From Schmidtea polychroa (Eukaryota): a stretch of DNA of 64,000 nt. Positions within the stretch are counted from its first letter, which is position 1; every line of letters begins with the position of its first letter. The stretch is taken from contig CM097885.1 of NCBI GenBank assembly GCA_044892525.1, positions 34,350,001-34,414,000 on the forward strand. Reading direction: 5' to 3'. Positions 38,268 through 52,100 of this stretch are shown piece after piece. The notes beneath the pieces were generated by a model. The model did no database searches and was not told the DNA's origin. It was given only the letters and a program-made list of their open reading frames with translations. The position numbers and the translations under genes are program-made.

Positions 38268-40138
38268 GAATAATGATCTCATATTTCATATGGATCAAAA
38301 TTCAAGTCTTAAAATTTATTTAAAATTTAATATCTTACCTGAAAGCCATTTGTAAAAGGGCTAAAATAAATTTCCAAATAAATTTCAAATTCGTGATAAT
38401 GTAAATGAATACAGTAAATGTGATGATGAGTAAATCAGTGAGTGAATCGGTGAGAGAAATCTACACTCCAACCACCACTATAGAGAACGTATCTCAGTGG
38501 CGTTTGGTGTACAGAGTCAATATTTATGCAGAATGCAGATAAAGAAAAATGGCAGAAGCAGACAATCCAATCCAATCCATCCAATTCAACCAAATCCCAG
38601 TATCAAATCGACAATTTATATGAAGACAATTAACTCGTCTTGAACTTGTGAATAATTAATGTTTATCTTTATAATATTTTATTTATGAACTGGTGGTTTA
38701 TTTATTTTTGTTGTTAATGTATCTTATTTATGGACAATTATAAATTAATTATATATAATTTACGTGGTTTTACAAATTTAATAGTAATTTCAAATCTAAT
38801 AGTAATAATAAAATGGTGTAAAGTTTAGTTGACAATTAATTGAAAAAAAAATAATAATAAAATAATTTTCAACTTAAAATAATTTCTATAAAATCTTGAT
38901 TGAACTTAAAAAATATTTTAGAAAATATTTATAAACAAACAACAGCTCGATTCGAGCAATAAAAATAATAAAACCTAAAATAAATAAATATATTTTAATA
39001 ATAAACTTGTAAAAATAAATAATAATTGGGTAAAATAAGTACAAATAATAATTTTTCTTAAGTAATAATTTAAATGATTTTTAATATTTTGAAAAATCAA
39101 TAAATATATTTAATGTTTGCATATGTAAAAACATTTATTTTTAACATATTTATTTTCAGTAATAAAAAATAGGTATAAATAGCGATTGAAAAATCCTTTT
39201 TCTACGCCCAAATATTTTACCGTTTCTATTGTAAACTAGAAAGGGAAGATCCTTATTAGTTTCTAAACTAGAACAGAAAAAAACAAAAACGTTCAAAGCT
39301 TCACAAGCAACATAACACGCATATATAACAGATAACAAGAACATAACACGCACCATCTTTTCAGCGGAATCATTTTTAAACGGAATATGTATTGGCAATA
39401 TTTTGTATTTCAAAATAAATATTTTACTAACTCGTCTTTGTTTTTATATTTGAAAGACTTAATATTTGAGATTCCCAACGTTGCACTGGTACTATATGAG
39501 ACCTCAACATTTGGTGCCGCGAACCGGGACTTAAAAATTAAATATTTCTATTTGGAGGATAGGAATTGTGATCAGAGGGTTAGTGTAGTCATATCGGAAA
39601 TATTTATATTAATATTATTGACCAATAATCGAATAATCAAATTTAAGATTTTCTGTTATATTCTGTTACATTATATTACATTCTGTTAAATTTTGTTATA
39701 TCGTTATATTATATTATGTTGTTATATTCTGTTATATTTTGTTATATTCTTTGTCTTTTATTATGAGTATGATTTTTTATTATGTTTACAATTTTTAGTC
39801 TGTTTTTTTTGCGTTTGAGGGATTAAAAATATTTTTAACTGCCGTGGTTAATGAGGTCGAATTTCATATGTAAAAGTGGTAATATAATCTTTAGTGAAAC
39901 ATTTTTTATTACAACAAATGCCCTAGTAGCCACATCTACTTTCAGTAATCAGTAAAATTGAAAAATCCAAAAAAGTGCCATTTATCCATTGAAGAGATAG
40001 AAAGAAAAGCATTTTCGAAAATTTCGTAAAACTACGCTAGATACATGCATTACATAGTGGGTTTAATAATTGATTTTGTAGCGACAAGACAAATTTGAAA
40101 TTCTGCAGTTTTTTATTAATTAATTCAACAAATAGCAT

Positions 40139-43100
40139 TTAAAATGTATAATTTATATCCGCTAAAAGTATTAGAATGACATTTAAATCAGAATCATTAA
40201 CCGTTGATTTCAGTTGACGAGGTTGAAAAGAAACTTCATGCCAGAGATCAATAAAATTTGGAATCGACAATATTTGTCCTTTATTCAAAAGGATGGATTT
40301 TTCAGAATACTTGTCAACTGAATGTCGTATTACAAAAAATCGACTTGCTCCGTGAATTTGAACTATTAGATTAATTTTCTGAGGTTCATTAGGCAACAAA
40401 ATTCGATCTAAAATTTAAATCGTCAGAGATTGTAAAGACTTAAGTGAAAGCATTAGTGCTCCAGATTTCAGTCTATTATATTTTGATTTGTGTTTGTTTT
40501 GTAAATTCGCTGATCAGCAATTATATATTTATAATTTTCTGAGATAAGTAATTTTTATGGAAAAGTTTCGAATCAGGTATGTTTATTTATTTAAATAATT
40601 ATTAATCGTTAAAAAGTATTAATCATTAAATAATTATTAATCGTTCAATAATTATTAAATAAATATTAATACTATATTAATATAGCAGTTTAAAAATGAT
40701 AAATTTGTTAGAGAAAGTTACATCGCCAGAAGAATATCAAATAATATGCATGTTTTTCGACATGAAATCATACCAAATGAGCGGCTGTCTGTATTGGAGC
40801 AAGAATATGAAGATTAAAAAAAACAATAGACATGTTGAAATGTACGAATGACGTTCTATGAATGGTCGATGCAATAAATACCAAACAATGTTGAGTTTAA
40901 GAAAAGGTTCGTGGTTAAAAGCTTTTAAGATCCCAGTCAAAACGATTTTAACATCTTCGAATTATATAGCTCAAAATGTTCAACAGGTCTTGATAACTCG
41001 TCTCGTTGATGTTAGGGCATTTTGTATCTTTGATTTACCTCATAACCCAGCATTAGGGTTTTTTTCTATTGTTCAAGATAGATTAGCCAAAACACTTACC
41101 GATTATTAATAGTGTTGTTGTAGCAGGTAGCATAATTTATTCGGAGGAATGGCCTACTTATAAGGCCCACAATGATGAATACGAATATTCCACTGCTCAT
41201 TATAAATACAACTTTGTGAATCCTGAAACTGGCGTGAATACCCCACACGTTGAATCCGATAACAATCGATTAAAGATGAAGATCAAAGCAATGAAAGGAA
41301 TTACAACAAATCAGCGAAATAGTTTTTTGAAGAAATTTATGTTTAGAGAAAGAAATAAAGAAGACCTGTTTTTGACATTTTTTCAATTACTTGCTAATTA
41401 AAATAAATAAAAAATAAATGTATTTTATTCGAGGGGTGCAACAAACCTGATCCAAAGTTTCACTTAAAAGATGGCAATGATTTCATTATATTTACTTTAT
41501 ATAACAAAAGAAATTGAATTATTAAATTATTTATTAACTTTTTTTATACAGTGTAAATAATTTATACAACTCTTAGAAAGGTCACAAAAAGAACTTCTTC
41601 GATATATTTCGACAGCTTCATTATATGACGATATGTTGATTTTAAAAAGTTAAATTTGCCTTTCGTTGGTGGATTTGTTTGTCAGGGTAATTGCCTAATT
41701 TTTTATCGATTGTTGCTGAGCATGTTTTACTTAACTGGTGGATTTTCGCGCCATGTTATCTGATAATCTACCTACTACTCGTACTCATCTGTTGTGTCAC
41801 TTATACATAATTCAACCAATCGGCTTTATCTCTATTATCACTGCATTTATCTCTTCATTTATCTCTATTACTCACAGCATTTTGGTCGACAATATTTGAC
41901 CAAGCCGATGCCGTTTCTCATGCACGGTTTACGTTTGAAATGAAACATTTTTATTAATGCAGCTAATTTGATTTTTCCAATCCTGATTGTTTATATTTTC
42001 ATCCATGGTGTTTTTTGTCTCTTTCCTCATAATACTAGATATTTTTTGATTTTTTCTATTAATTTAATTAGTTATTTTCTTCTTATTGTTTGTTTGGTTT
42101 AGTTTAGTTTATTTTGTTGATTTCTCATGATTTTCGAGTTATTTAGGTTCCTTCAACGACAGTTTTACCGTTTTTTCTCCTTTGAAAAATTTTAAAACAA
42201 AAATAGAATGAAAAAGAAATTATTATAGTTTGGTTTCCCGATTTCCAGCCCAACAACTCCAAGTGCATCAAGTTGTTATTGATCATATGCGACCGAAGAA
42301 AACGTAATTTATTGCGGAATCTGATGACATGGTTTACCAGATGACTTATGTTTTGGTGTTAGTCTTGCAAGTTTTTTTCAAAATATTCGATAATATCTGC
42401 TAAGAATACTAATGAAATTGAAAATGATTTTTCATTAAAACTGGCAATAAATGGCGAATCCAATTCTGTTTCGATAAGAAACAGTTTAATTTCTTCACTG
42501 CGCTTAACCAGCGAATTTGGCTATGCAAAGGTAGGTCACCATATTCGATATCAACTTCTCGATTTCCGCCTCTTATTGTATTTATTATTTTCACAACAGT
42601 ACGCAACTTAATTGCAAGTTTCCACATAAAGCTTGCTGATGAATAATGCCATGCAATTAATACAATTTTGTTTTAGCAGTCCAGCGAGTCCTATATTTTC
42701 CCCAGCCATTGATTTTGCTCCGTCAGTTACAATTACAGTGTATTTTTCAAAAACACAATACATACACACAACATTTTTGAGTTCCTCATAGATATCTACA
42801 CCTTTTGTTGTTGAATGTAGGGAAGCCAATTTCAAGAATTCCTCGAATCATTAAAATCTATATCCATTGTCCGTATACAAATCAGCATTTGACTGGTATG
42901 GGATATGTTACTGTTTTCATCAAGCGCAAATGAAAAATATATACAATTTTATAAATTCGCAGTTAATTTTCTTCCAACTACTTAGTTTTTATTAATGTAT
43001 CACAAAATGTGCAGTTAAGTTTAATCTTAATTTTAGTGCCGTTGTTTAACTATTATATTTAATCAACTTTGTTGGTGTTACTAATCAAATTAATTAAAAA

Positions 43101-46100
43101 AAAATTTCCTTTTAAATATTTTCCATTTTATGAAAAAATGTAAATTATACTTTAAAAAGTCAAACATATATATAATTTAGATTAATAATATTAATATTGT
43201 TTTCGACCATTATATAACTTAACTTGGGGAGAGGGGTATTTATGAAAATATAAATCTTACTTTTATAAGTTGCTTACTTTTATACATGTACTTTATATTC
43301 TTAATATTGACATTGGTTCCGACTATCATATAACTTGGGGAAGGTAATATTTTATGAATGATGGAAAATTATTAACTTATAAAATTATTAAAAATAATAA
43401 AATTATATAATTACTTTCTGATCAATAAATAATTTAAACTAGAATTAACATGATAATAAATCGAAGTTCATGATAATTCTTCTATGAATGATAGAAATAA
43501 AGTGATAATATTTTATTTCAACTGAAATTACAATGAGTATAGATATAGTTATAGATCGGAGTTGGTGATTGTAATGTTAATGGTTTATGTATAATTCTTT
43601 TAACGTACTTACAAATTACACTATTTAACTTAATTCGAGTTAGGGCCCCCGCAATCCAACAAAGAGATCTATATAGTAATTCCCTATAGTAATAATTTAC
43701 TATAGAGAATTGAAAGAATTTAAAAAAATCGAAATGTTAAGATTTCTAGAAACAAAGAAAACAAAATCTCTGAAGAAAAGAAAATAAGAAGTTATAATAT
43801 ACAATTCTTGACCAGAATTTCAGAATAAAGAGATTAAAATCTTATCCTAGACTTAAAAGTCAAATAAATTTTGGAAGAAAGTAAACATCATATTATCCAA
43901 GAAATTTCTCATTCATTCAATTCTGAAATTTTGAATCTATCTCGAACTGAGCCGAAATTAATTAACCGACTAAGGTTTATACTCTTTTGTGTTATAAAAA
44001 GTTTTGAAAGTACGATTTGTTAGTTACATTCTTGTTAATTTATTATTTTGATATTACTATTATTTGGGTGTAAAGCGCACTACATACAGGCATACCGACT
44101 GTCCCGCCACATATTTTTACTGGAGACGCTGTCGGGCTCTACGGATTTTTCCTATACGTCAAGTTACAAAGATAATTATAAAGACAATTCATAAAACAAA
44201 CATAACCGATAACAATACCATTTTCACTAACCGATAAAGAACTAATAAATAACTAATAACAATAAGATCTCAACAGTTTTTAAGGCTTCAAAGATTTTAA
44301 GATTTTTAAGATCTCAAAAGAATTATTTTTAAAAAAATTCCCTGCTTAGCATCTACAGAAGTTATCAACAGTTAGTGACCGTGTGGCCAAGTGAGCACTA
44401 AATAAAAATCAACAGTAAAATTCTATAGGAGTTCAATGAGCAGATGTAAACCTACAGGAGAAAAACTCAATTTGTTTAACCACATTCGACTCAATTCCAC
44501 TCAAACTAAAAGAAAACACTAAATTTAAGCTCAATGAGAAACAGGCAAAAAAGAATTGGCAAAAGCAAATTCAGAAAAAAAGCTCTCAAATGGCTCAAAT
44601 GAACTCTCAACAACTCTACTTAATTCTACTGGCATATCAAAATTATCAACGACTCAGAAATGTCTAAAGAAAACATAAAGTAGGGATATCTATCGCACAG
44701 CAGCTAGTTACAACTGTCGACTTTAACGCAATACCCCAGAACCCTCTCGGAAAAACCATAGGAAAGATTTCACAAAATCAGAGCGCAATCCAAGGAAACG
44801 GGCTCTCAGGTTGGACGAATCAGCCAAATCAGGTCACTAGGGCTACCAGCTTTTACTATCGAGATGCCGAAGAAGTTCTGTCAAACGTATTTCAAAACGA
44901 GTTCGAATTAGATGCCCTACTCTCCAAAATCGAGTGGGGTGGCTGGTGAAAACCGTCATCCGCGTCAGGGTACCACTAATCCACACTGACATTATATTGA
45001 TTTTTTATATCGATCATTTTTTCATTTGGTGTTGTTTTCTATTTTAATATATATTCATTATACACATTATATTATCTTTTTACTGGGAAATTTGATCTTC
45101 ATTCTGGTAACTCTTTAACATCATAGTTAACCTTCTATAGATAAATAGAGCAGGGAATGGGGAATAATAGTAGTGATTTTTCTGTAACCATAGGTTACTA
45201 AAGCATTTAACAGACCAGAACGTAGAAAGGAACGATTCTGATGTAAGTCATTCCATCTAAGTCCCATTGAGATCTCGTTAACCTTATAGAAGGACTTACG
45301 CGTAATTCCTGGACCTGTGAACCAGGTAGCTTAATTTTTGTCCAACTCTGCTCGGGTTTGCTGTAATTGTGGTGGGAGTTTTCCCACCTAGTAGGAATTC
45401 AAAACAGAGCATTTACACGCACTCAATTTTATTCTTTTGATGGATCCTGACACTGAATATAGGATCAAAAAAATTTACAAAAGTAAAACGGTTTCGTTTC
45501 CACTTATTCATTCACCAATCACTTGCATTCAATATACAATTCATTCTACCGCAGTGTCTCAAATTGAGTTCAATGGAAAAAGTTTATCAAATATCGGGGA
45601 TGTCGAGATGTCAGATGAAGACCAAAATCATTTTCCAATGTCTCAACTGAAATTTCTGGAAAAATCGATAATGCAAAACGGAACTGAATATGCAACACAA
45701 ATTGGCTCGAAATCCCATAAATCAACCGGCAAAACATTGAGGCGGATTATTTAGAGCTAATGAGATCAGTAACTGAGATTAGAGGAAGAAAGAGAGACTC
45801 GATTGCACAATTGACTTCACTTGTGTGGACATGTGTAGGCGGAAACACTTTGGGGGTTTCATTCACACACCAAACTATTTTTATGTTATGTGAAGTTACT
45901 TGGGGCAAAAGCAGGTGCGAAGGCACGAAGATGTATGTCAAAAGGGTGATGGAAACTATTACGGAAGAAGAACAATAGAAAGTTCAACAATTACAATGAA
46001 GATGTTAAGAATGATTTGGTTAGCTAGAGAAGACATGTTTCGGTTAGAAGGACGGATTACAAATCATGAGAAAATTACGAAACGAAGATTAAGTTGGATA

Positions 46101-49100
46101 ACGCACTTCTTTGATCCTTTGGGAATGTTCAGTGCTTTCACGATTGTTGGAAAGAAAATAATGCAAGAATATTGCTTTATTTTGAAAATAATTCAAAAAA
46201 GTCAATAAACATGCACAGTTAAGATTCTTAAATATGGATTAAGTACATGCGATAAATAGAATATTAGCTGTATTCCAACAACCAGTGAAAAATTATTGGC
46301 ATTATATGCAAGAGTTGATAGCTTAACGATTAAATTTATAGATTCATAGGCGCCAAATCAATTCTAAGTGGATATTCCCATATGATTTTGCAACTTCTTT
46401 GGAAGTTTTAGAAAACACATTCGTAATTTTTAATTTGGGAGGGAGTTACAGAGGACGAGTATGAAAAATCAGAGGCATATATAAATTGTGTACCATACTA
46501 AATTGCATGTTAGTTTATTTAAAACTTGATATTTTATTACTTGTGGATTACTTTGAACAATTTCGTGCAAGATCTATTGTACACAACCTTCTTGAATCAC
46601 TTAATTTCTTGGGTATTCCGGGCATGTCTTGGTATTCGGCTTTGATGACTCTAAAATCTTCTATCGAGTTGCTCCAAGATATGGCCATGTATAATTATTT
46701 TGAAGTTTGGGGGGACGGGGTCCGTGGTTGGTTAAGTTTTGTTAATAATCACCATGTAATATCATCCGACACTACTGAGCTTTCATATATTGATATTAAT
46801 AATTTATATAGGTGAGTCCTTAGCCTAAAGCTTCCATAAAAGGATTTTGTTTGGGTAACCGATATGGAAGAGTTTAATAAAATAATTTTTATTGCGAATC
46901 ATCAGATTTGGAAATTTTTACTTTTGGTTATACATTAGAAGTCGTTCTTGAAATTCCAGCCGAAATTCATGATGAACTGGACGTATTTCCAGTTACTGCT
47001 CAAGCATTATCCCAAAAAAGAATTATGTTCTTCATTGGAGACATCTCAAGTTTTAAGCTTTTTCTTTTACTTGTGGTAAAATTAACAAACTTTCACAGGG
47101 CCATTAGACAGGGTAATATTTTTAAAAATCATATTGACACCAATACACGACCTAGGGTGGTATCAAATAATGCAGTAGATATACTCTTGCCTAAAAAATA
47201 GATACTTCACTATTAGACCACGTCCTCAAAATGCCACGGATATTATCAATAATGTCAGCTCTACAATTGGGAATATGAATAATGATGTCTCTTTGTTTTG
47301 ATAATTTTTATAGAAACATGCGTAAGTATCTCGATTTAGCTTTTAATAGAATGTCCTTTGATTAAAATATAAATTTAACGCCATATTTAGTCTTCATAAC
47401 ATATTTGTAATTTTTATATGATTATTTATATTTTCTTTATAATTATTAAAAAATTCTTTATAATGATTAATAAATTCTTTATAATTATTAATAACCTTGT
47501 ATCTTTCGTATTTTTTATTTAATATATTTATTTACTATAGGCTTCAAGCTAATATATTCTTAATATATTATAGTGCAAACGGTATTAAACAATGTTTCAG
47601 GCACTAGCAACTGACTTTAAAAGATTTTTCAGGTTGATTTAAGATATACGCGGTCTCACTAATAATGCGGTGGGTCAGGAACGTAATCCCGCGTTATAGG
47701 AGACATTACTGTACATAGAATATTTTGAAGATATGTACATCAATAATTAAGTTAGTGTACAATATTTAAAAATTTCCATTCACAGGTTTATTAATATTTA
47801 GGGGTTTTGACGAGTTTGGAAATACGGGATTATGACCTTATTTAAAAATTCGCGATATTGACGTTTTTTTTAATTTGTTATTTTTGTTTTTTCGTGATCT
47901 TGTCGTTAGTGAATTTGTCGCCCAACTAGTAAATATATTATTCAAAATTTTTCAATTCGTGTCTAAGAACTTTCAGTTATTACAAAAATAAAAAATAATC
48001 AAAAAATAGAAACCTTGAAAATGACATTAACCCATTAAAACCAAGAGTTATAAACTACAAATATGCCAACAAAAATTACAAATTCACTGAAGTAAACAGT
48101 ACTGACACCTTGTTCCTAAGTCGTGTGAATGTGAATCAGCGCATTACTGATTCATTTTCTCTAAAAAGTAATATTTTTCAGAATGCTCGCTAAGCATAAA
48201 TTGTATTGTATAAAAATCATACTTTAACAAGAAAAGCAGAATAATTTGTTATTGTTTATTTATCTTTTATGTGTGTAATAAACTTAAATTAAATAATTTT
48301 TAATAATCCTTAGTATTTCACCATAACCAGATATTATTTAGCAAAATAAAAATGGAATAAAACTAAGCCAATCTCTGACAGACATATTATTTACTTTTCC
48401 TATCCTTTAAATGGAAATACAGTAAATGTAGTAAAGAATAATGTAAAATATCTAACTCATGTTGCTATTGAGTCCCATAATTCAGATTGAAAATTACTGT
48501 TTAGATTATATATATAAGAATGTGTTTAGAATGATAATAAAATATTGCACAATTAATTAAACTTAAATATTACATCACAATATGTTAAAATCGTAGTTTC
48601 AAGATCAGAGTTTATTTATGATGTTTGATGGTTGTTTTTGAAAGTTGGAATGTATGTTTGCAGGTATTCTGTATCAATAATTTATAAACCAATAAACTCC
48701 CTTTTTAGATATTATGCAGTGAAGATCTATATAATAAATAGCGTGTTGGACATTTGGTTGTCAGAATAAAATTTATTACAACTATGTCCCTTCTTCTAAA
48801 TAAGTATCATTGTTATTGTTGGAGTCAGGTAATAAAAACAATGATGACGTGAAGCACTATGAATTTTGAAAAAATATACTATAAATAAAAATATGATGAA
48901 ATAATTAAAATTAATTAGCGCTTCCAAAAATAGTAAATTCTTTATAATTTTACCTTAATCTTTTAATATAAAAAGGAATGAAAAGTTATTAAATTATTCT
49001 CATTAAAATTACACAAAATTATTGAATAAGAAAAATATCTATCGAATTTCCTGTTCAATGTCGATAAAATTGGATTATTTTTATTATTTAAGGCTCCAAA

Positions 49101-52100
49101 ATAGTTTGACATTGCTTTTCGGAGCATAAGCTGTCAAAGTACCCGGCATTATACCGGAATTATAGAAAATCGATTAATCGGTAATATATAAGTCGAATAG
49201 AAAAGCGTGAGTAAATGAATATATATCCCATCTAGACAAGAACCCAGTAAAAGTAGGTCAAGTCAAAATTTTATGTAAGTCATAAATAATAGGTTTTATA
49301 ACTATGGAAAGTCTGTGTGAATCTCTCCAGAACTTCGAAAACCACACTAGTTGCCATGGAATTAATGTGTTTACCAAGGATGTTCTAAGCGTATCAGGAC
49401 TGTGAGGGAAACTTAGCAAGAGAAGGAGAGAAAAGTTACATAAATGAATGTTACATAAATGTGTGAGCCATATCAATAGAGTTATACAAATGCTCCTGAA
49501 AACAACTTAGTAATAGTTCGGGTTGTCTGTTGAAGATACAAGATACTTATATACACGACTTTCGAGAATCTGAGAGTTCAAAGACTGAATCCTAATTTCA
49601 CAGGGTAGACGACAATCCCTTCCAAAAGGACGGCAAATAAGAAAATATTCAATAATCAGTTATCTACTCGAAAAAGGGAGGAGTAGGGAAGTGCGCGATC
49701 TGGATATCATATATGAGATGGTCCTATGGGATAAGAAATAACACTTGCTCAATGTTCTGTCTTAACATGCTTTAAACTACTGAATAATTTCATCATCCCG
49801 ATTCTGGTTTATTTCATCTATTTTAGAATATTACAACAATTACTGTTCTTGATTTTTGATTAACTATCAATTAGAATTTGATAATTTTATTTTTCATCGT
49901 TCTCGGCATTAATGAATTAAATTAATTTCTCTTCGTTCCATTGGTTGATGTTAGAGTTTGAACTGGACGTATTTGCAGTTATTTGTATTTCTTCAGAGTA
50001 AGAACAGGCCATGTCTTCTCTTCGACATGGCTGCTACAAGTGAATAGTGAATCTTTGCTCGTGCAGTTTCATCAAATCGATACGATTATCGTTATGTTTC
50101 ACTAAGTCTTCATCTTCTTTGGAAAATTAATGATTTTTTCATTTTTTATGGTTTTCGACATTTTTATTTACATCATTTTCTCAGTGGATTTCTTACACCT
50201 TCCAGGTATTGTCTACAATTATTGGTTATTTGGTTGTCTTCTGTCTATGTCAATCGCTACCTTTTCTCCTTTTTGGAGTTTCTATTTTAATTTGACATCG
50301 ACTGTGTTGACTTCAGTTGCTTCTACTGCTTCCTAGAGTTCAAGTTGTGCCTTGTATCTTTGCTGAGTCTATATTATCTTTTGTAATGCTCATATTCTAT
50401 TTCTTTGTTTATCCCACTCTTTTTCATATCTTTCTGTCTTTCCGATTTTTGTTTCTGCTTTCTGGTGATCTTTTTCTATTTTATGGTCCAGATTTTTTGT
50501 TTCACTTTTCAGGTTTGTTAAAATAATTTTATTTTTATTTTTTCAATATATTTTTGATTTTTATCAAATGCTTTTTTAAATAAATTTTTAGTACGACTTA
50601 TGCATTGTATTTTTCAGCTGGTTTTAAATACTGTATTTCTCATTTTACTTTGTCATCTGTACCAGATGCTGAGTTGCTCTTTTAATTCCTTGAATTTATT
50701 CAAATATTTCGTATTTAATTTGTTCCTTTGTTGTTTGCCAAACTTATTTATAGTATATCAATAATTCTTGTTTGATAGTTGCTTTACTAATTCTGTTGCT
50801 TTATTGACTTCAATATTACTGCTGGGTTGCAATATTTCCTTTTCCTATTGTCAGTTTAGATTTCAATAGTTCATTTATTTATGAATCTATTTTTTATTTT
50901 TCATTGCATTTTATTGAATTTTATGGTTTTTAATTTTAAGATTTCCTTTATTTACATCTAGGTTTCTGAAAAATTGTACTATCAAGCAATACAATGCGTA
51001 CGAATAGTCACCATATTGCCTGTAAAAATAGGAATTAAGTACAAATTATCTTTGTGAGGTGTTTTCAGCTGAGAGTTAAATATTTCAATGGTTTATCAAA
51101 ATAATTTTAAATTGTAAATAATTGACTATTAAAATAACTTTAAATAATTTTTAAATTGGATTTTTTAAGTTGAAATTTTTAAATTAAAAATTAAAATAGC
51201 TTTTTAAAAAAGAAGTTTTATTAATGAAAAATTTTAAATAAATATGTTTTAAATATTGAAATATTTTGATAAATGGTTTTGAAAATATTTTATTCAACGC
51301 GGAAAATTTGTTTGGAAATTATACAATATTTGGAATTATGTCATTAACTTTTGAACCGGATTTAAAAAACAATTTAGAAGACTTTGAAACGAGAATTGTG
51401 TCTAAGTGACACCAAAGGAACAACAGAAGTGAAGAAAAAAATCAAGAAGTTACATGAATCTCGTATAGAAGTCTTGCAATTCTAAATCTTAGAGTCAATC
51501 AATCCAAAAATGGTTCAGAACCTTTGCTGTAAATAAAAATAAATGGAACCTACAAAAGAAAATATTTGATTGTCCTCATAGACGATTTTATTATTATTTT
51601 TTGATTATTATCTTTATCTTTACTCTACTTTATTATGCTAAAAATCGAATGTAAAACAATTAACCTCGATAATTTTGTGAAAGCACAATCCAGCTTGGAT
51701 AAGTCATCTGTGCATATGAAGGCAAAAAAATTGGCTTTTTAAAATGTTTTCTAAATAATTTGAGTTGAACATCTTCACAATGGCTCCATAACGCAAACCA
51801 ACTGGGCGGATTTTCACTTATAACCTGATGTAATACTGAAAAATGGTCAGGCACCTTAATAATTTGAAATACTTATTTTAATATTACATAATAAGTTATT
51901 CAAAAAATCAATTGTAAAATAATAATGCTCGAAAATCAGCAATAAATCGGTTACCAAGATACAGTAACCGCTCGGTTAATTCCGCATACTGAATCTAATT
52001 AAAAAATAAGGAATTAACTGAGTTGCGGACTTTTCGGCGGTTGTATAGAAAACAGTGTTTTTTTGACCATTCATTGATCCATTAATCGATTATTTGATTT

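Noticed and set aside
47640..47713. Tigger-like 3' end (...TACTG|TA) as partner of the 51962 end
   Set aside because: It lies upstream of the 5' end, in the wrong order to enclose one element.
49250..50520. Possible minus-strand LTR element debris
   Set aside because: No diagnostic motif or boundary that I could support.
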